Positions 7,846 through 18,200 of a stretch of 64,000 nucleotides of DNA are shown piece after piece. The notes under the pieces were generated by a model that worked only from the letters and a program-made list of their open reading frames with translations, ran no database searches and was not told the origin of the DNA. Each line of letters begins with the position of its first letter. The stretch's first letter is position 1. This stretch comes from Deltaproteobacteria bacterium (GTDB lineage: Bacteria > Desulfobacterota > DSM-4660 > Desulfatiglandales > HGW-15), in the NCBI GenBank assembly GCA_019310525.1, contig JAFDEE010000019.1:64898-128897 (forward strand), in the 5' to 3' direction. A program made the translations under genes and the position numbers.

Positions 7846-9183
7846 ATGACGCAATATGATCTCATCGTCAAAGGCGGGACCATCATCACCCTGGATAATG
7901 ATCTCTCGATCCTTGAAAACGGCATCGTTGCCGTTAACGGAGACAGGATCGAAGCTCTCCTGCCCCACCCTGAGGAGGGGCGCATACAGGCAAAAGAAGT
8001 AATCGACGCAAGAGGAGGACTGGTACTTCCCGGGTTGATCAATGCCCATACCCATGCCGCCATGTCCCTTTTTCGAGGACTCGCCGACGATCTTCCCTTA
8101 ATGGATTGGTTGAATTATTACATCTTTCCCGCTGAAAAAAATATGGATTCGGATTTTGTATACATCGGGAGCCTTCTCGCCTGTGCCGAGATGATCCTTT
8201 CCGGTACCACGACATTTTGCGATATGTACCTCTTTGAAAACTCCGTTGCTCAAGCGGCAGGCCGGGCGGGCATGCGAGCACTCGTTGGGGAGGTCCTTTA
8301 CGATTTCGATTCTCCGAACTATGGTTCGATCGAGAATGGATTCTCATACACCGAAGGGTTGATTTTAAAATGGGCCGATGATCCCCTGGTCTCTGTAGCT
8401 GTAATGCCCCATTCCACTTTCACTTGCAGCCCCGACCTCCTTGTCAAAGCCAATGAACTGGCATTGAAGCATCATGTCCCCTTGGTCATTCACCTGGCAG
8501 AAACGCAGGCTGAAGTTCGGGAAGTGGTTGAACGTTATGGGAAAAGACCGGCCGAACATTTAAAGGACCTGGGAATCCTTGGTCCCCATTGTCTTGCGGC
8601 TCACTGCATTCACCTGAATGAAAATGAAATCGATCTCCTGGCTGACAAAGATGTGAAAATCGCCCACAATCCCGAGAGCAACATGAAGCTCGCTTCCGGC
8701 GTAGCGCCCATCCCGGAAATGATCGACCGCAACTTGGCAGTGGGACTGGGGACTGATGGATGTGCATCCAACAATAACCTGGACATGTTCGGGGAAATGG
8801 ATACGGCCGCCAAACTTCACAAGATCGTTATGATGGACACCACCGCGGCGGATGCCATCACTGTCTTGAAAATGGCTACCATTAATGGGGCGAGGGCCCT
8901 GGGGATGGAACATCTCATCGGCACTCTGGAACCCGGCAAAAAGGCAGATATTATCGTGGTGGATACCCGAAGCCCCCACCTGACTCCGCTTTACAATCCT
9001 TACTCTCAACTTGTTTACGCGGCGATGGGAAGCGACGTTACAACCAGCATCATTGACGGCAAGGTGGTGATGAAGGATAAGAAACTCCGTACCCTGGATC
9101 CGGAAGAGATCATGGAAAAGGCCAGGGAAAAGTCCTTTCAGGTGAAAAAGTGGATTTCCATGGGCGGGAAACAACAGGATTAA
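7846..9183 (+). CDS. mtaD: 5-methylthioadenosine/S-adenosylhomocysteine deaminase (amidohydrolase family)
   Basis: GLINAHTHAAMSLFRGLADDLPLMDWL is the signature N-terminus of MtaD-type deaminases, followed by HLAET and GTDG motifs. A strong RBS AAAGGAGAGG precedes the start. Confidence 0.85.
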   Translation: MTQYDLIVKGGTIITLDNDLSILENGIVAVNGDRIEALLPHPEEGRIQAKEVIDARGGLVLPGLINAHTHAAMSLFRGLADDLPLMDWLNYYIFPAEKNMDSDFVYIGSLLACAEMILSGTTTFCDMYLFENSVAQAAGRAGMRALVGEVLYDFDSPNYGSIENGFSYTEGLILKWADDPLVSVAVMPHSTFTCSPDLLVKANELALKHHVPLVIHLAETQAEVREVVERYGKRPAEHLKDLGILGPHCLAAHCIHLNENEIDLLADKDVKIAHNPESNMKLASGVAPIPEMIDRNLAVGLGTDGCASNNNLDMFGEMDTAAKLHKIVMMDTTAADAITVLKMATINGARALGMEHLIGTLEPGKKADIIVVDTRSPHLTPLYNPYSQLVYAAMGSDVTTSIIDGKVVMKDKKLRTLDPEEIMEKAREKSFQVKKWISMGGKQQD

Positions 9184-9195
9184 ACGAATAAGGGC

Positions 9196-10116
9196 CTAGA
9201 TCTCTATCTCCATCCCCTCCCTTGCGAAGAAGACATTCACCTCCCCTGCATAATCGGGGTTGCAGTATTTCCTGGCAAGCTCATCGATCTGCCTGTCCGT
9301 ACGAAGGGGTTCATGGTGAAACAGGGCCAGCCTCTTGACCTTTGCCCGTTTGGCCGCTGCTATGGCGTGCTCAAAAGAGGTATGCCCCCAACCCACCTTC
9401 GAGGCCCTATATTCTTCCTCCGTGTATTGGGTATCGTGAATGAGCAAATCGGCGCCGGCAAAGAATCTCTCGATCCTGCGGTTCTCCTCAGCGGCCACTT
9501 CCTCACCTTCCATCGCCATGGTTTCGTCATAGGATGGATCATCGGGATCAGTACAAAAGACATTTCGAAAGGGTTCAGTATCGCATGCTGTGCACACAAT
9601 TTTGCCATTAAATTCAAAACGATAACCCAAACATAAAATGGGATGGTTTAAATATTTTGTTGTTACCTTGATCCCGTCTCCCAGGTCGATGGTTTCTTCT
9701 TTCAGGTCGATATAAGAGATCTCGGCGGCGAGTTCGGCTTGCCGGACGGGAAAATATCGGTAGGATAACTGCCCGCCGACCACCTCCTCAAGGGTTTCAT
9801 CCTCATAGGTTACAGGTCCGTAAATTTTGAGCCTTGTGTCCGGAATGTAAATCGGGGTAAAAAAGGGGAAACCCATGATGTGATCCCAGTGGGTATGGGT
9901 GAGGAAGATTTCGGTTTGGATGGATCCTTTGCTTGAAAGATCGTGGCTGAGGAGTTGATTCCCCAATTCCCTGATACCCGAGCCCGCATCGATAATGAGA
10001 AGCCGGTCCGTATCCTTGATTCTGATTTCAATACAGGGCGTATTCCCCCCGTACTTTACGGTTTGAGGCCCCGGGCATGGAATGGATCCCCTGACTCCCC
10101 AGAATTTGATCTTCAT
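9196..10116 (-). CDS. MBL-fold metallo-hydrolase
   Basis: HTHWDH metal-binding motif and the N-terminus KFWGVRGSIPCPG typical of the signalling-associated MBL subgroup. Confidence 0.75.
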   Translation of the reverse strand: MKIKFWGVRGSIPCPGPQTVKYGGNTPCIEIRIKDTDRLLIIDAGSGIRELGNQLLSHDLSSKGSIQTEIFLTHTHWDHIMGFPFFTPIYIPDTRLKIYGPVTYEDETLEEVVGGQLSYRYFPVRQAELAAEISYIDLKEETIDLGDGIKVTTKYLNHPILCLGYRFEFNGKIVCTACDTEPFRNVFCTDPDDPSYDETMAMEGEEVAAEENRRIERFFAGADLLIHDTQYTEEEYRASKVGWGHTSFEHAIAAAKRAKVKRLALFHHEPLRTDRQIDELARKYCNPDYAGEVNVFFAREGMEIEI

Positions 10117-10120
10117 CTTT

Positions 10121-11029
10121 TCAACCCTTCCCTGACACTTGGAGGAATATCTTTGCCTTATCCACCTCCTCTGAAACCGTTTCCTTGAGTTCCAGGAGGA
10201 GATCCAATGACAAGTTCACCTTGTCAAGAAGGTCCAATATTGTTTGATTTTCGGAAACAAAACGGTCATCATCACCTTTCTGGATTGCATGGGAATAGGT
10301 ATTTGAAAGGGCGATGGTGGAAAGCAACCTGAAGGTCTCCTCCCCTGCCTGGTGGGGATGGTGATGGAGTGATAAGGAGTCGGTTACCATGGGACTCAGT
10401 TTCCATTTTTCTGCGATCAATCTCCCGACGATACAATGGTTGATACCAAACACACTGCTCTCAAATCGATAGAGGGAGCCTTGATCTTCTTCAGCCATTT
10501 TCATCGCCTGCAGGTATTCATCCGGAAACCGATTATTCAATGGAATTTTTCCTAAATCATGGAGCAATCCGGCCACAAAATACTCTTCACGTTCGGAAAC
10601 AGGAACCCTTTGAGCTGCGGCCAAACGTTTCGCTGTAACGCCTACGGTCAGGCAGTGGGTCCAAAATTGTTCCATCGAGAGGGCCTGAAATGAATTCTTT
10701 TTCCCGATGCTTTGAAGCACCGCTGTACTCAAGGCTAGATTTTTTACGGTATTCAGGCCCAGCATGATGATGGCCCGCGTAAGAGAACTGACTTGGTTGG
10801 GAAGGGAATAATAGGCCGAATTGACGAGTTTGAGAACCTGACCTGTCAGTACCGGATCAAGGGAAATCACCCTGTTCAAATCGTTGGGAGAGGTATCAGG
10901 CCTGTTGCAAATTTCCAAGACCTTGGTTACGGTCGTAGAAAGGCTCGGCATCTTGGCGATATCGTTCTGGATGGTCCTCAAGCGCCCTTCGGGCGTTTTC
11001 AGTGTATCTGTCATCATGTCGAGCATCAT
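10121..11029 (-). CDS. HDOD domain protein
   Basis: MPSLSTTVTKVLEI...DLNRVISLDPVLTGQVLKLVNSAYY followed by an HD-like GLLHDLGK. Confidence 0.8.
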   Translation of the reverse strand: MMLDMMTDTLKTPEGRLRTIQNDIAKMPSLSTTVTKVLEICNRPDTSPNDLNRVISLDPVLTGQVLKLVNSAYYSLPNQVSSLTRAIIMLGLNTVKNLALSTAVLQSIGKKNSFQALSMEQFWTHCLTVGVTAKRLAAAQRVPVSEREEYFVAGLLHDLGKIPLNNRFPDEYLQAMKMAEEDQGSLYRFESSVFGINHCIVGRLIAEKWKLSPMVTDSLSLHHHPHQAGEETFRLLSTIALSNTYSHAIQKGDDDRFVSENQTILDLLDKVNLSLDLLLELKETVSEEVDKAKIFLQVSGKG

Positions 11030-11279
11030 GATCCCACCCCGGTGGAGGGATATTCATCGGAAATCTGCAGGTATAATGGAAGAACACCGAGAAATTACAT
11101 GCAAAGATCATACCTTAAGAGGTTTCGAGGGTCAAGAGCAGTTCGAATTTCCCTCCCCTAGTCCCTGAGGAAACACCAACCGCTCTCTCCGATTATGCGG
11201 GCATTTTCAATCCACAAATTCTTATGAGGGGCCAGGAAACTGCTGAGATATATCTTACTAGTGGGGATGAATTCGAGAA

Positions 11280-12089
11280 ATGAATGAAATCAACCCTTCC
11301 TTTGTGGCCCTTGGAAACAGGCTGAAGGGGGTTCCGGAGGTCATAACCCTGGGGCTCAAACCGAACTTTCACGATTATTCATCCCGGGAAAGGAGCCTGA
11401 TCTTCCGATCTCCACTTATACTCTATCCAACGTTAAATTATGCCCAGTTTTTCAGCACGATTGGTAAAAGAATCTTCCCGAGCCTCGAGAACCACCTTTA
11501 CGCGGACGAAAAGATCAAACAGACGACGCTGTTTTACATGTTGGGACTCCCCCACCCACGAACCCGCATATATTACGGGAGTCAATGCCGGGAGATCTTG
11601 AAGGATTTTTCCCCACCCTTTATTGCAAAACTTCCCAGAGCCTCTTCGCGGGGAATGGGCGTATTTTTCATTGAAGGGATAAAAGACCTGGAGGCCTATT
11701 TGGATCGTACAAGGGTCGCCTACATCCAGGAATATATCCCCCATGAGCGGGATCTCAGGGTGATTCTGATCAACGGCGACCCGGTTCTGGCTTACTGGCG
11801 ATACAGCCCGTCCGGGGGGTTCAAGACCAACGTGAGCCAAGGGGGGAGGATCAGTTTTGAGAGCGTGCCGGATCAGGCCTTGGAACTGGCCCGCAAGGCC
11901 GCTCAATTGTGTAACTTCGATGACGTGGGTCTGGACTTGATCCTACATGAGAATAGGTGGTATCTCATTGAGGCCAACATGAAGTACGGGCTTAAAGGGG
12001 CGGAAAAAAAAGGCATGAAGATTCGTGACATCATAAGGAAGAAACTTCTTTCAGGGGAGATCGGGGGATCGGTTTCCCATAATCGGTAG
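11280..12089 (+). CDS. ATP-grasp (RimK-like) ligase family protein
   Basis: FIAKLPRASSRGMGVFFI...QEYIPHERDLRVILING...GLDLI...IEANMKYG is an ATP-grasp fold pattern. Confidence 0.65.
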   Translation: MNEINPSFVALGNRLKGVPEVITLGLKPNFHDYSSRERSLIFRSPLILYPTLNYAQFFSTIGKRIFPSLENHLYADEKIKQTTLFYMLGLPHPRTRIYYGSQCREILKDFSPPFIAKLPRASSRGMGVFFIEGIKDLEAYLDRTRVAYIQEYIPHERDLRVILINGDPVLAYWRYSPSGGFKTNVSQGGRISFESVPDQALELARKAAQLCNFDDVGLDLILHENRWYLIEANMKYGLKGAEKKGMKIRDIIRKKLLSGEIGGSVSHNR

Positions 12090-12090
12090 A

Positions 12091-15000
12091 ATGAACGTGT
12101 TGTCCAAACGCCGGCATCAAAGTTCAATGAAGAAAGGCATCTTTCGGGTTATTCTCGTAATCGTATTATTTGGATTTCTCGGCGGTGCTCTTTTCCTGGG
12201 TCTCCTCTATCACACGGTTTCCAGGGAGGCGACCCAGCGGATTCAAAGAGGACTAATCGACAAGATAATCTTTTCCGAAAGCCCGGTCTATTATGATGAC
12301 GAAAAAAGCATAATTGGCGTATTTTTCGAGAAAACCCATAGAAAATATATTCATTACAAGGATATTCCCCCCTATTTCATCAAGGCCTTGGTGGCTGCTG
12401 AGGACAAGAATTTTTTTCATCATCCCGGATTTGATATCAAGGCCATCGCCCGGGCGATGATCGCTAATATTCGTGCCGGAAGAGTGGTTCAGGGCGGAAG
12501 CACCCTTACCCAGCAGACGGCGAAAAACGTCTTCAGAAGAGAACGCAGATCCTTCAAGGCTAAATTGAAGGAACTCATGCAGGCCCTTCTCCTTGAAAGA
12601 AAATACACCAAGGAAGAAATCCTTGAAATGTACATAAATCAATTCTTCGTAACCGGGTACGGTTGTGGGCTGGAAATCGCTGCGCAATACTTTTTCAACA
12701 AGGAGGCCAAGGACCTTGATCTAGTGGAATGTGCTTTCATTGCAGGTTCCGTGAAAAGTCCCAATGCTTACAATCCCTTTACCAAAAAGACAGAGGCCCA
12801 AAAAAGCGAGGCCATGGAACGGGCCAAGAGGCGGAAGGATTACGTGCTCGGCCAAATGCTTGCCCTGAATTTCATTACCAAAGAACAGTACAGGGAGGCC
12901 GTGAGAAAAGAAGTACCCTTCCGGGAGGGGAAAGTGACTTATCGCTTGAACGTCATTCTCGACTATGTGCGGGAACAGCTTGAGTCCGATTATTTCCGGT
13001 CGATACTGGAAGAACAGGGGATTGAAAATATTGCCACATCAGGAATCAAGATCTACACTTCCATAAACAAGGAGATCCAGGAAGGCGCTTTAAAAAGCCT
13101 GAGATACCATCTCCCCCTGATGGAAACCCGTATTTCGGGATATCCGAGAGCCGAACTGCAACGAAGGTACGAAGAAAAATACATGGGGATTTCCCTTAGA
13201 AGACGGAAAGCGGGGATTCCTTTTCTGTGCCGAATTTCCCATGTCCAAAGGGAGGAGAAAAATCCATATCTTCTGGTAGCGTGGGACAAGGGTGGAGGAA
13301 TCATAGATTTTGAAGGGTTCAGGGATATAGCAACGGCATGGATCAAAAGTGTGCGTGGCAACTGGGCGAGGCTGAAGGGGCGTGATATTAAATTGTTTCT
13401 GAGGAATTTCAAGGTCGGGGATCTCGTCGCGGTGAAGCTTATCGAAGATCCGGAGAACAATGGAGCAAGGTCTTTGAGGTTAACGACGATCCCTGAACTG
13501 GAAGGCGGTGTTATCGTCATCAGGAACGGGATGGTAAAGGCCATGGTCGGCGGATACTTTGATCGCTTCTTCAATCGCGCTGTAGATGCCAAGAGACAAC
13601 TGGGTTCGATTTTCAAGCCGATCGTGTATGCGGCCGCCTTGCAGCTCAAATGGAATACCCTGGATCCCCTCAGCAATGGGCGGGAGCTTTACAAGTACCA
13701 GACCACCTACTATGTCCCAAAACCCGATCACCCACCGGAGTCTGACCAAGTCTCCCTGGCCTGGGCTGGAGTGAAGTCGGAAAACCTCGCTACCGTCTGG
13801 CTTCTTTATCACCTGACAGATCGCTTGACGATGGAGGAATTTTCAAAAGTGGTCGATTCCCTTGGTCTTTCCAGGGGAAAGCGGGAATCCTACGACGCCT
13901 ATGTGAGAAGAATCAGAGACATTTACGGCGTCCTGGTCGATAATAACAGCCTCATGGAGGCCGCTTTCGAAGAGGCCAAGAGGGAAATCGTTTCCGATCT
14001 CATTTTCGAGGGTCAGGAGGCCGTCCTGCCTCATCTCGCCAAGATGCATTTCGACATCAATCCGGTGAAGCTGGATATCCGGGATCCTGTCGAATTTGGT
14101 ATTTATCGTCACAGCTTCAAACGGCTGCGACGCTTGAATTCTGAAATGCGAAAGGATTATACGGAGTTAAAGATTCTGCTGGAGGCCCGTGGACCGGGTC
14201 AACCGGGAAATCTCTCGGAAATCATGAGACATTTTTTTCTTTCCGAAAAAGGGGGCCGAATCGTATATGTTGAGAATCCGGAATCGGCTTCAAACCTTCA
14301 TCTTCAACCGATGGAACTCGCACAGCTTCAGGAAAAAATCAGCGATTCCTCGGAAGGCTCCATATGGTTGGACGATGTGATCACGGTCCGGGCCCTCCAA
14401 CTGATCGTGTCCCGAATGAGGGAAAACTACAAGAACTTCCTGTCCTACAAGCGTTATGACAAGGAAGTGTTATACAAGGTGAGGGATTTCAGGACCCTGG
14501 TGAATCTTACCTATGTATCCAGGATGGGGAGGGAACTGGGGATCTGCACACGTTTGGATCCGGTCCTTTCCTTTCCCTTGGGAGCGAATGCCATCAGTAT
14601 TGCGGATGCCGCCCTGGCCTATTCGACCTTGATGACGGGACAAGTCTTCTCCTTACCGGGTGAGACGAAGCAGTGCAGCATGATTCCCATCATCACCAGG
14701 ATTGAAGACAGGCGGGGAGTGGTCATCTGGGAATACCATCCCAGAGTAAGGAAGATCCTGTCAGAGCGCGTGTCCAAATCCATATCCGAAATCCTTCGGT
14801 TGGTTGTCGACCGGGGAACCGGAAAAGGCGCCAGGGATGTCGTTCGCGTGAATGTCGATATAGGGGATGAGAAGGTGAGTGTCCCCCTGCCCCTTTTTGG
14901 AAAAACCGGAACCGCCAACAGGTTCACCAATTCCAGCTTTGTGGGGTTCGTTCCGGGTCCGGACATCCGCACCGGCCTGCTCAACATCAAAGAGGGTTAT

Positions 15001-15381
15001 GTGGTTGCAAGTTATGTCGGATTCGATGACAACCGACCCATGAAAGGAAAGAGAATATCGATATACGGATCTTCAGGCGCTCTTCCCATTTGGACGGATA
15101 CTGTCGATACCATCGTAAACAGCATCCCTTACAAGGCAAAACTCAAGGTGGCCGATCTTGTTTTCAGCGACAGCCGGATCCCTCCAGGCTGGCACGAATT
15201 CCTAGAAAAGGTTCCAGTATCCCCCCGGACCGGTTTACCCCTCCCGTCCGGCAGGACGGAAGAGCAGGAGTCCCCCGCTTTCATATTCGCAGATGTCGAC
15301 CCTGGAAAAGATACTTGGAATTACCACAGGGATTTTGAGCCCCTCATAGGAGTCAATAGTGATGAACTGGATGAAGAGTAA
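12091..15381 (+). CDS. Bifunctional class A penicillin-binding protein (PBP1A-like), unusually long at 1096 aa
   Basis: GT51 motifs (AAEDKNFFHHPG, GGSTLTQQ) and transpeptidase motifs SIFK, SEN and KTGT. About 375 aa separate SxN from KTG. Confidence 0.85.
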   Translation: MNVLSKRRHQSSMKKGIFRVILVIVLFGFLGGALFLGLLYHTVSREATQRIQRGLIDKIIFSESPVYYDDEKSIIGVFFEKTHRKYIHYKDIPPYFIKALVAAEDKNFFHHPGFDIKAIARAMIANIRAGRVVQGGSTLTQQTAKNVFRRERRSFKAKLKELMQALLLERKYTKEEILEMYINQFFVTGYGCGLEIAAQYFFNKEAKDLDLVECAFIAGSVKSPNAYNPFTKKTEAQKSEAMERAKRRKDYVLGQMLALNFITKEQYREAVRKEVPFREGKVTYRLNVILDYVREQLESDYFRSILEEQGIENIATSGIKIYTSINKEIQEGALKSLRYHLPLMETRISGYPRAELQRRYEEKYMGISLRRRKAGIPFLCRISHVQREEKNPYLLVAWDKGGGIIDFEGFRDIATAWIKSVRGNWARLKGRDIKLFLRNFKVGDLVAVKLIEDPENNGARSLRLTTIPELEGGVIVIRNGMVKAMVGGYFDRFFNRAVDAKRQLGSIFKPIVYAAALQLKWNTLDPLSNGRELYKYQTTYYVPKPDHPPESDQVSLAWAGVKSENLATVWLLYHLTDRLTMEEFSKVVDSLGLSRGKRESYDAYVRRIRDIYGVLVDNNSLMEAAFEEAKREIVSDLIFEGQEAVLPHLAKMHFDINPVKLDIRDPVEFGIYRHSFKRLRRLNSEMRKDYTELKILLEARGPGQPGNLSEIMRHFFLSEKGGRIVYVENPESASNLHLQPMELAQLQEKISDSSEGSIWLDDVITVRALQLIVSRMRENYKNFLSYKRYDKEVLYKVRDFRTLVNLTYVSRMGRELGICTRLDPVLSFPLGANAISIADAALAYSTLMTGQVFSLPGETKQCSMIPIITRIEDRRGVVIWEYHPRVRKILSERVSKSISEILRLVVDRGTGKGARDVVRVNVDIGDEKVSVPLPLFGKTGTANRFTNSSFVGFVPGPDIRTGLLNIKEGYVVASYVGFDDNRPMKGKRISIYGSSGALPIWTDTVDTIVNSIPYKAKLKVADLVFSDSRIPPGWHEFLEKVPVSPRTGLPLPSGRTEEQESPAFIFADVDPGKDTWNYHRDFEPLIGVNSDELDEE

Positions 15382-16762
15382 ATGGATCCTATTCCTGCTC
15401 GTGGCCGTTCCTGTTTTTTATGGATGCGCTCAGGAAACCGGAAGGGTGCCCCTGATCAAGAAAGAACCCGCTGGGATGTTCAGACCCTTGATTAAGCGGG
15501 AAGTCATTGAACGGCAGATCAAAACGCTTACCCAAATCCTTGAAAAATATCCGGTCTCCGAGCGCAGCAGGAAGATCTGTTCCGAGCTACTAGTGGCTTA
15601 CCAATCCATGCTTGCCGATTCCTCGGGGGAATCAGGCAGGCAGTCCTATGAGGATGCCGCACGAAAGGCCTTTGTTCTATTGAATGATCTGACAGAGACC
15701 CTGCTTGAAGAATCTTGCAGAAAGGTCCGGAGTATGCCCGAGCTTATCAGGCGATATTCCCAAAGAAAAAAGGAGATTTTCGACGCCTTTATGGATGGAG
15801 ACTATCAGGCCGTTATAGACCGATCCATTGAAATGCAAGTGGAGTTCGGAGATGATGCCTTGACTCCAGAGACCGGGCTTGCCCTTGCGGCCTCGCTTGC
15901 TAAAAAAGGAATGCTGGAGGAGGCCGTTCGGGTGGGGAAAAGGGTCCTAAGCGAGCTGAGAGAGAAACCGGATCGAGTCGAACTGGGGGCTTGGCTGGTT
16001 GAATGGCAGTTGGGGATGGGAAACCGAAGCTCAGCTATGGCTGCCTATGAAAGACTCCTTGACGACATGGAAGGGAGGAGGATGGTATTCAAAAAGGCCC
16101 AGCAGGCCCTTCTCAATGTCGCGAGGGAGGAAGAAAAGAGTCGGATAAAAGAGACATCAAACAATATAACTGATAAGCAGAGCCCTGATGCAGGTGCCCT
16201 GAAACAACTGCTCCGGGATGTGGACACCCTTATCGCCAGGCAGGAGTTTCAAAGGGCCAAAATTCTCCTGATCAGGGAAAAACTCAGGATCGAAGAAGGA
16301 GACCCCCAAAGGCATATTATTGACGAGGTATTCAAGCGGGTGGAGGCCGCGGAAAAGGACCTTTCCGGCCGTACTTCTTCCCCGGGCCGGGATAAGGAGG
16401 GTGAGGGGAACGGTCTCAAAATGGCAAGGACCCTGATCGGGGAAGAAAAATATAAGGAGGCCCTTGAGTGGCTCAAGACCCTGGACCCTTCAGAACAGCA
16501 AGACAATCCGGAATATTCAAGGCTGAAGGAACAGGCATGGGAGGGAATCATTCTACGTGAAAGGGAGAATGCCGCGAGGCTTTTTTTGCTGGCTCGAAAT
16601 ACGTCAGAACCCTCAAAGAAGAGGGAGTTGCTCTTAAAGTCCCGAAAGATCCTGAATGATTTGGTGGAAAGGTACCCATTGAGCCCCTCGATCAAGAAAA
16701 TCAGAATGAATATTCAAACCGTCGATGGGGAACTGGAAAAGCTCGGCGTAAAACCGGAGTAA
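15359..16762 (+). CDS. Putative lipoprotein, helical/TPR-like, unknown function
   Basis: Signal peptide with lipobox (LLVAVPVFYGC). The remainder is charged and alpha-helical in character. The ORF overlaps the PBP stop by 23 nt. Confidence 0.5.
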   Translation: MMNWMKSKWILFLLVAVPVFYGCAQETGRVPLIKKEPAGMFRPLIKREVIERQIKTLTQILEKYPVSERSRKICSELLVAYQSMLADSSGESGRQSYEDAARKAFVLLNDLTETLLEESCRKVRSMPELIRRYSQRKKEIFDAFMDGDYQAVIDRSIEMQVEFGDDALTPETGLALAASLAKKGMLEEAVRVGKRVLSELREKPDRVELGAWLVEWQLGMGNRSSAMAAYERLLDDMEGRRMVFKKAQQALLNVAREEEKSRIKETSNNITDKQSPDAGALKQLLRDVDTLIARQEFQRAKILLIREKLRIEEGDPQRHIIDEVFKRVEAAEKDLSGRTSSPGRDKEGEGNGLKMARTLIGEEKYKEALEWLKTLDPSEQQDNPEYSRLKEQAWEGIILRERENAARLFLLARNTSEPSKKRELLLKSRKILNDLVERYPLSPSIKKIRMNIQTVDGELEKLGVKPE

Positions 16763-16768
16763 GCCGTC

Positions 16769-17743
16769 TTGAAACATGCCCCACAAATCCGGGTTGTAGG
16801 CCTGGGTCAAGCCTGCGTAGATTATCTGGGAAGGGTCAATAAGTTTCCGGCCGAGGACGAGAAGGTCGAACTGGAAGAACTCGTCATGCAGTGTGGAGGC
16901 CCGGCCTCCACGGCATTGGTTGTATTGGCCCGGCTAGGCGTCAAGGTCGCCTTCATCGGGGTTGTTTCCGACGATCCCTTTGGCGTGAAAATACAAAAAG
17001 AACTGGAACTTGAGGGAATCGATTCCACTTACCTCAAGACCGTTCCTGGTTTCTCCTCCCAGTTCGCCTTCATAGCCGTGACCAGGGATAACGGGCACAG
17101 GACCATCTTCTGGCATCGTGGAACGGTGCCATCCCTTAATGCGGATGACGTCAATCTTTCTCCCTTTTCCGCTGCAGAGATCCTTCATCTCGATGGCTTA
17201 ATGATCGAAGCATCCATAGAGGCGGCCCGACAGGCCCGAAGGATGGGAATGCGGATCGTCCTGGATGCGGGAACGATGAGGGAAGGTTCTCTTGAACTTG
17301 TATCCATGGTCGATGTCCTGATCGCTTCGGAAAGGTTCGCAGAACCCATTGTGGGAAAACAAAGCCCCCCGGAGCAAACCCTAGCCGCCCTCCGTCGGCT
17401 GGGCCCGAGGCAGGTCGTCCTTACCCTGGGAGAAAAGGGAAGCATGGCGCTTGACCATGGTATGATCTTGTTCCAGAGAGCGTTTCCCGTGGAGGCCGTG
17501 GACACTACCGGCGCCGGGGATGTCTATCATGGAGGATATATCTACGGTCTTCTCAAGGGCTGGCACATGGCCGATTGTATGCGCTTCGCATCGGCGGCAT
17601 CCGCCCTCAAATGCAGGATGATCGGTGCTCGAAAAGGGATTCCAGGATATGCCCAGCTACAGGAATTTCTAGAAATACACAAGGATATCAAAACGTTGCG
17701 TTTGTCTTTCTCCCCTCCTGACCCATGTAGTGATTGTGGCTGA
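16769..17743 (+). CDS. PfkB-family carbohydrate kinase
   Basis: N-terminal GLGQACVDY and C-terminal DTTGAGDVYHGG signature. Confidence 0.8.
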   Translation: MKHAPQIRVVGLGQACVDYLGRVNKFPAEDEKVELEELVMQCGGPASTALVVLARLGVKVAFIGVVSDDPFGVKIQKELELEGIDSTYLKTVPGFSSQFAFIAVTRDNGHRTIFWHRGTVPSLNADDVNLSPFSAAEILHLDGLMIEASIEAARQARRMGMRIVLDAGTMREGSLELVSMVDVLIASERFAEPIVGKQSPPEQTLAALRRLGPRQVVLTLGEKGSMALDHGMILFQRAFPVEAVDTTGAGDVYHGGYIYGLLKGWHMADCMRFASAASALKCRMIGARKGIPGYAQLQEFLEIHKDIKTLRLSFSPPDPCSDCG

Positions 17744-18200
17744 TCAAAACATTCGACTCCCCTTTACTTTTGAATCAAAGGAATTATTTTATGAATAAAG
17801 AAAAAACCTTTAAAGTTTTGGAGGGGACCGACCGATAAGATAGTCGAAGAGAGTGGAAAGAGGTCGTAAGAACTTTGAGATATGAGTGACATCCCGAGAC
17901 TTCAACACTATAGATAAAACCATGTGACGGCATTAAGCCTCCGAAGGTTATGCTAGAAAAAAGGGAGTGGCGGATGTTACTCAAATAAGGCTTCTCGGGT
18001 GTGCGTGCATCTTTTCCACGGGCATCTTCAATAAAAAAACGTTTATGCAAAAGATGGCCACCGAGGAAAACAACGGCACTTAGGGAAGCCGATAAAAGTG
18101 ATAAAGGCCCTGTTGATAAGGTAACTTTCAACGTCACTGGATAATTGTAAGCTTCTTGTTAACCAGGTCATTTATCCAATAAAGCGAACTTTTCAAATTA

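Noticed and set aside
7050-8063. 337-aa ORF on the minus strand, one of the longest in the track
   Set aside because: It runs antisense across the well-supported PNP and MtaD genes. Its translation is Arg/Ser/Gly/Pro-rich and not protein-like. It has no RBS and no recognisable motif. It is a typical shadow ORF.
17784-18137. 117-aa minus-strand ORF (GTG start) in the AT-rich gap, and the 70-aa ORF at 18134-18346
   Set aside because: Neither has an RBS. The composition is Ser/Leu-rich and low in complexity, with no motif. The second ORF overlaps a repeat relic. I treat the region as non-coding, while noting it as a finding.
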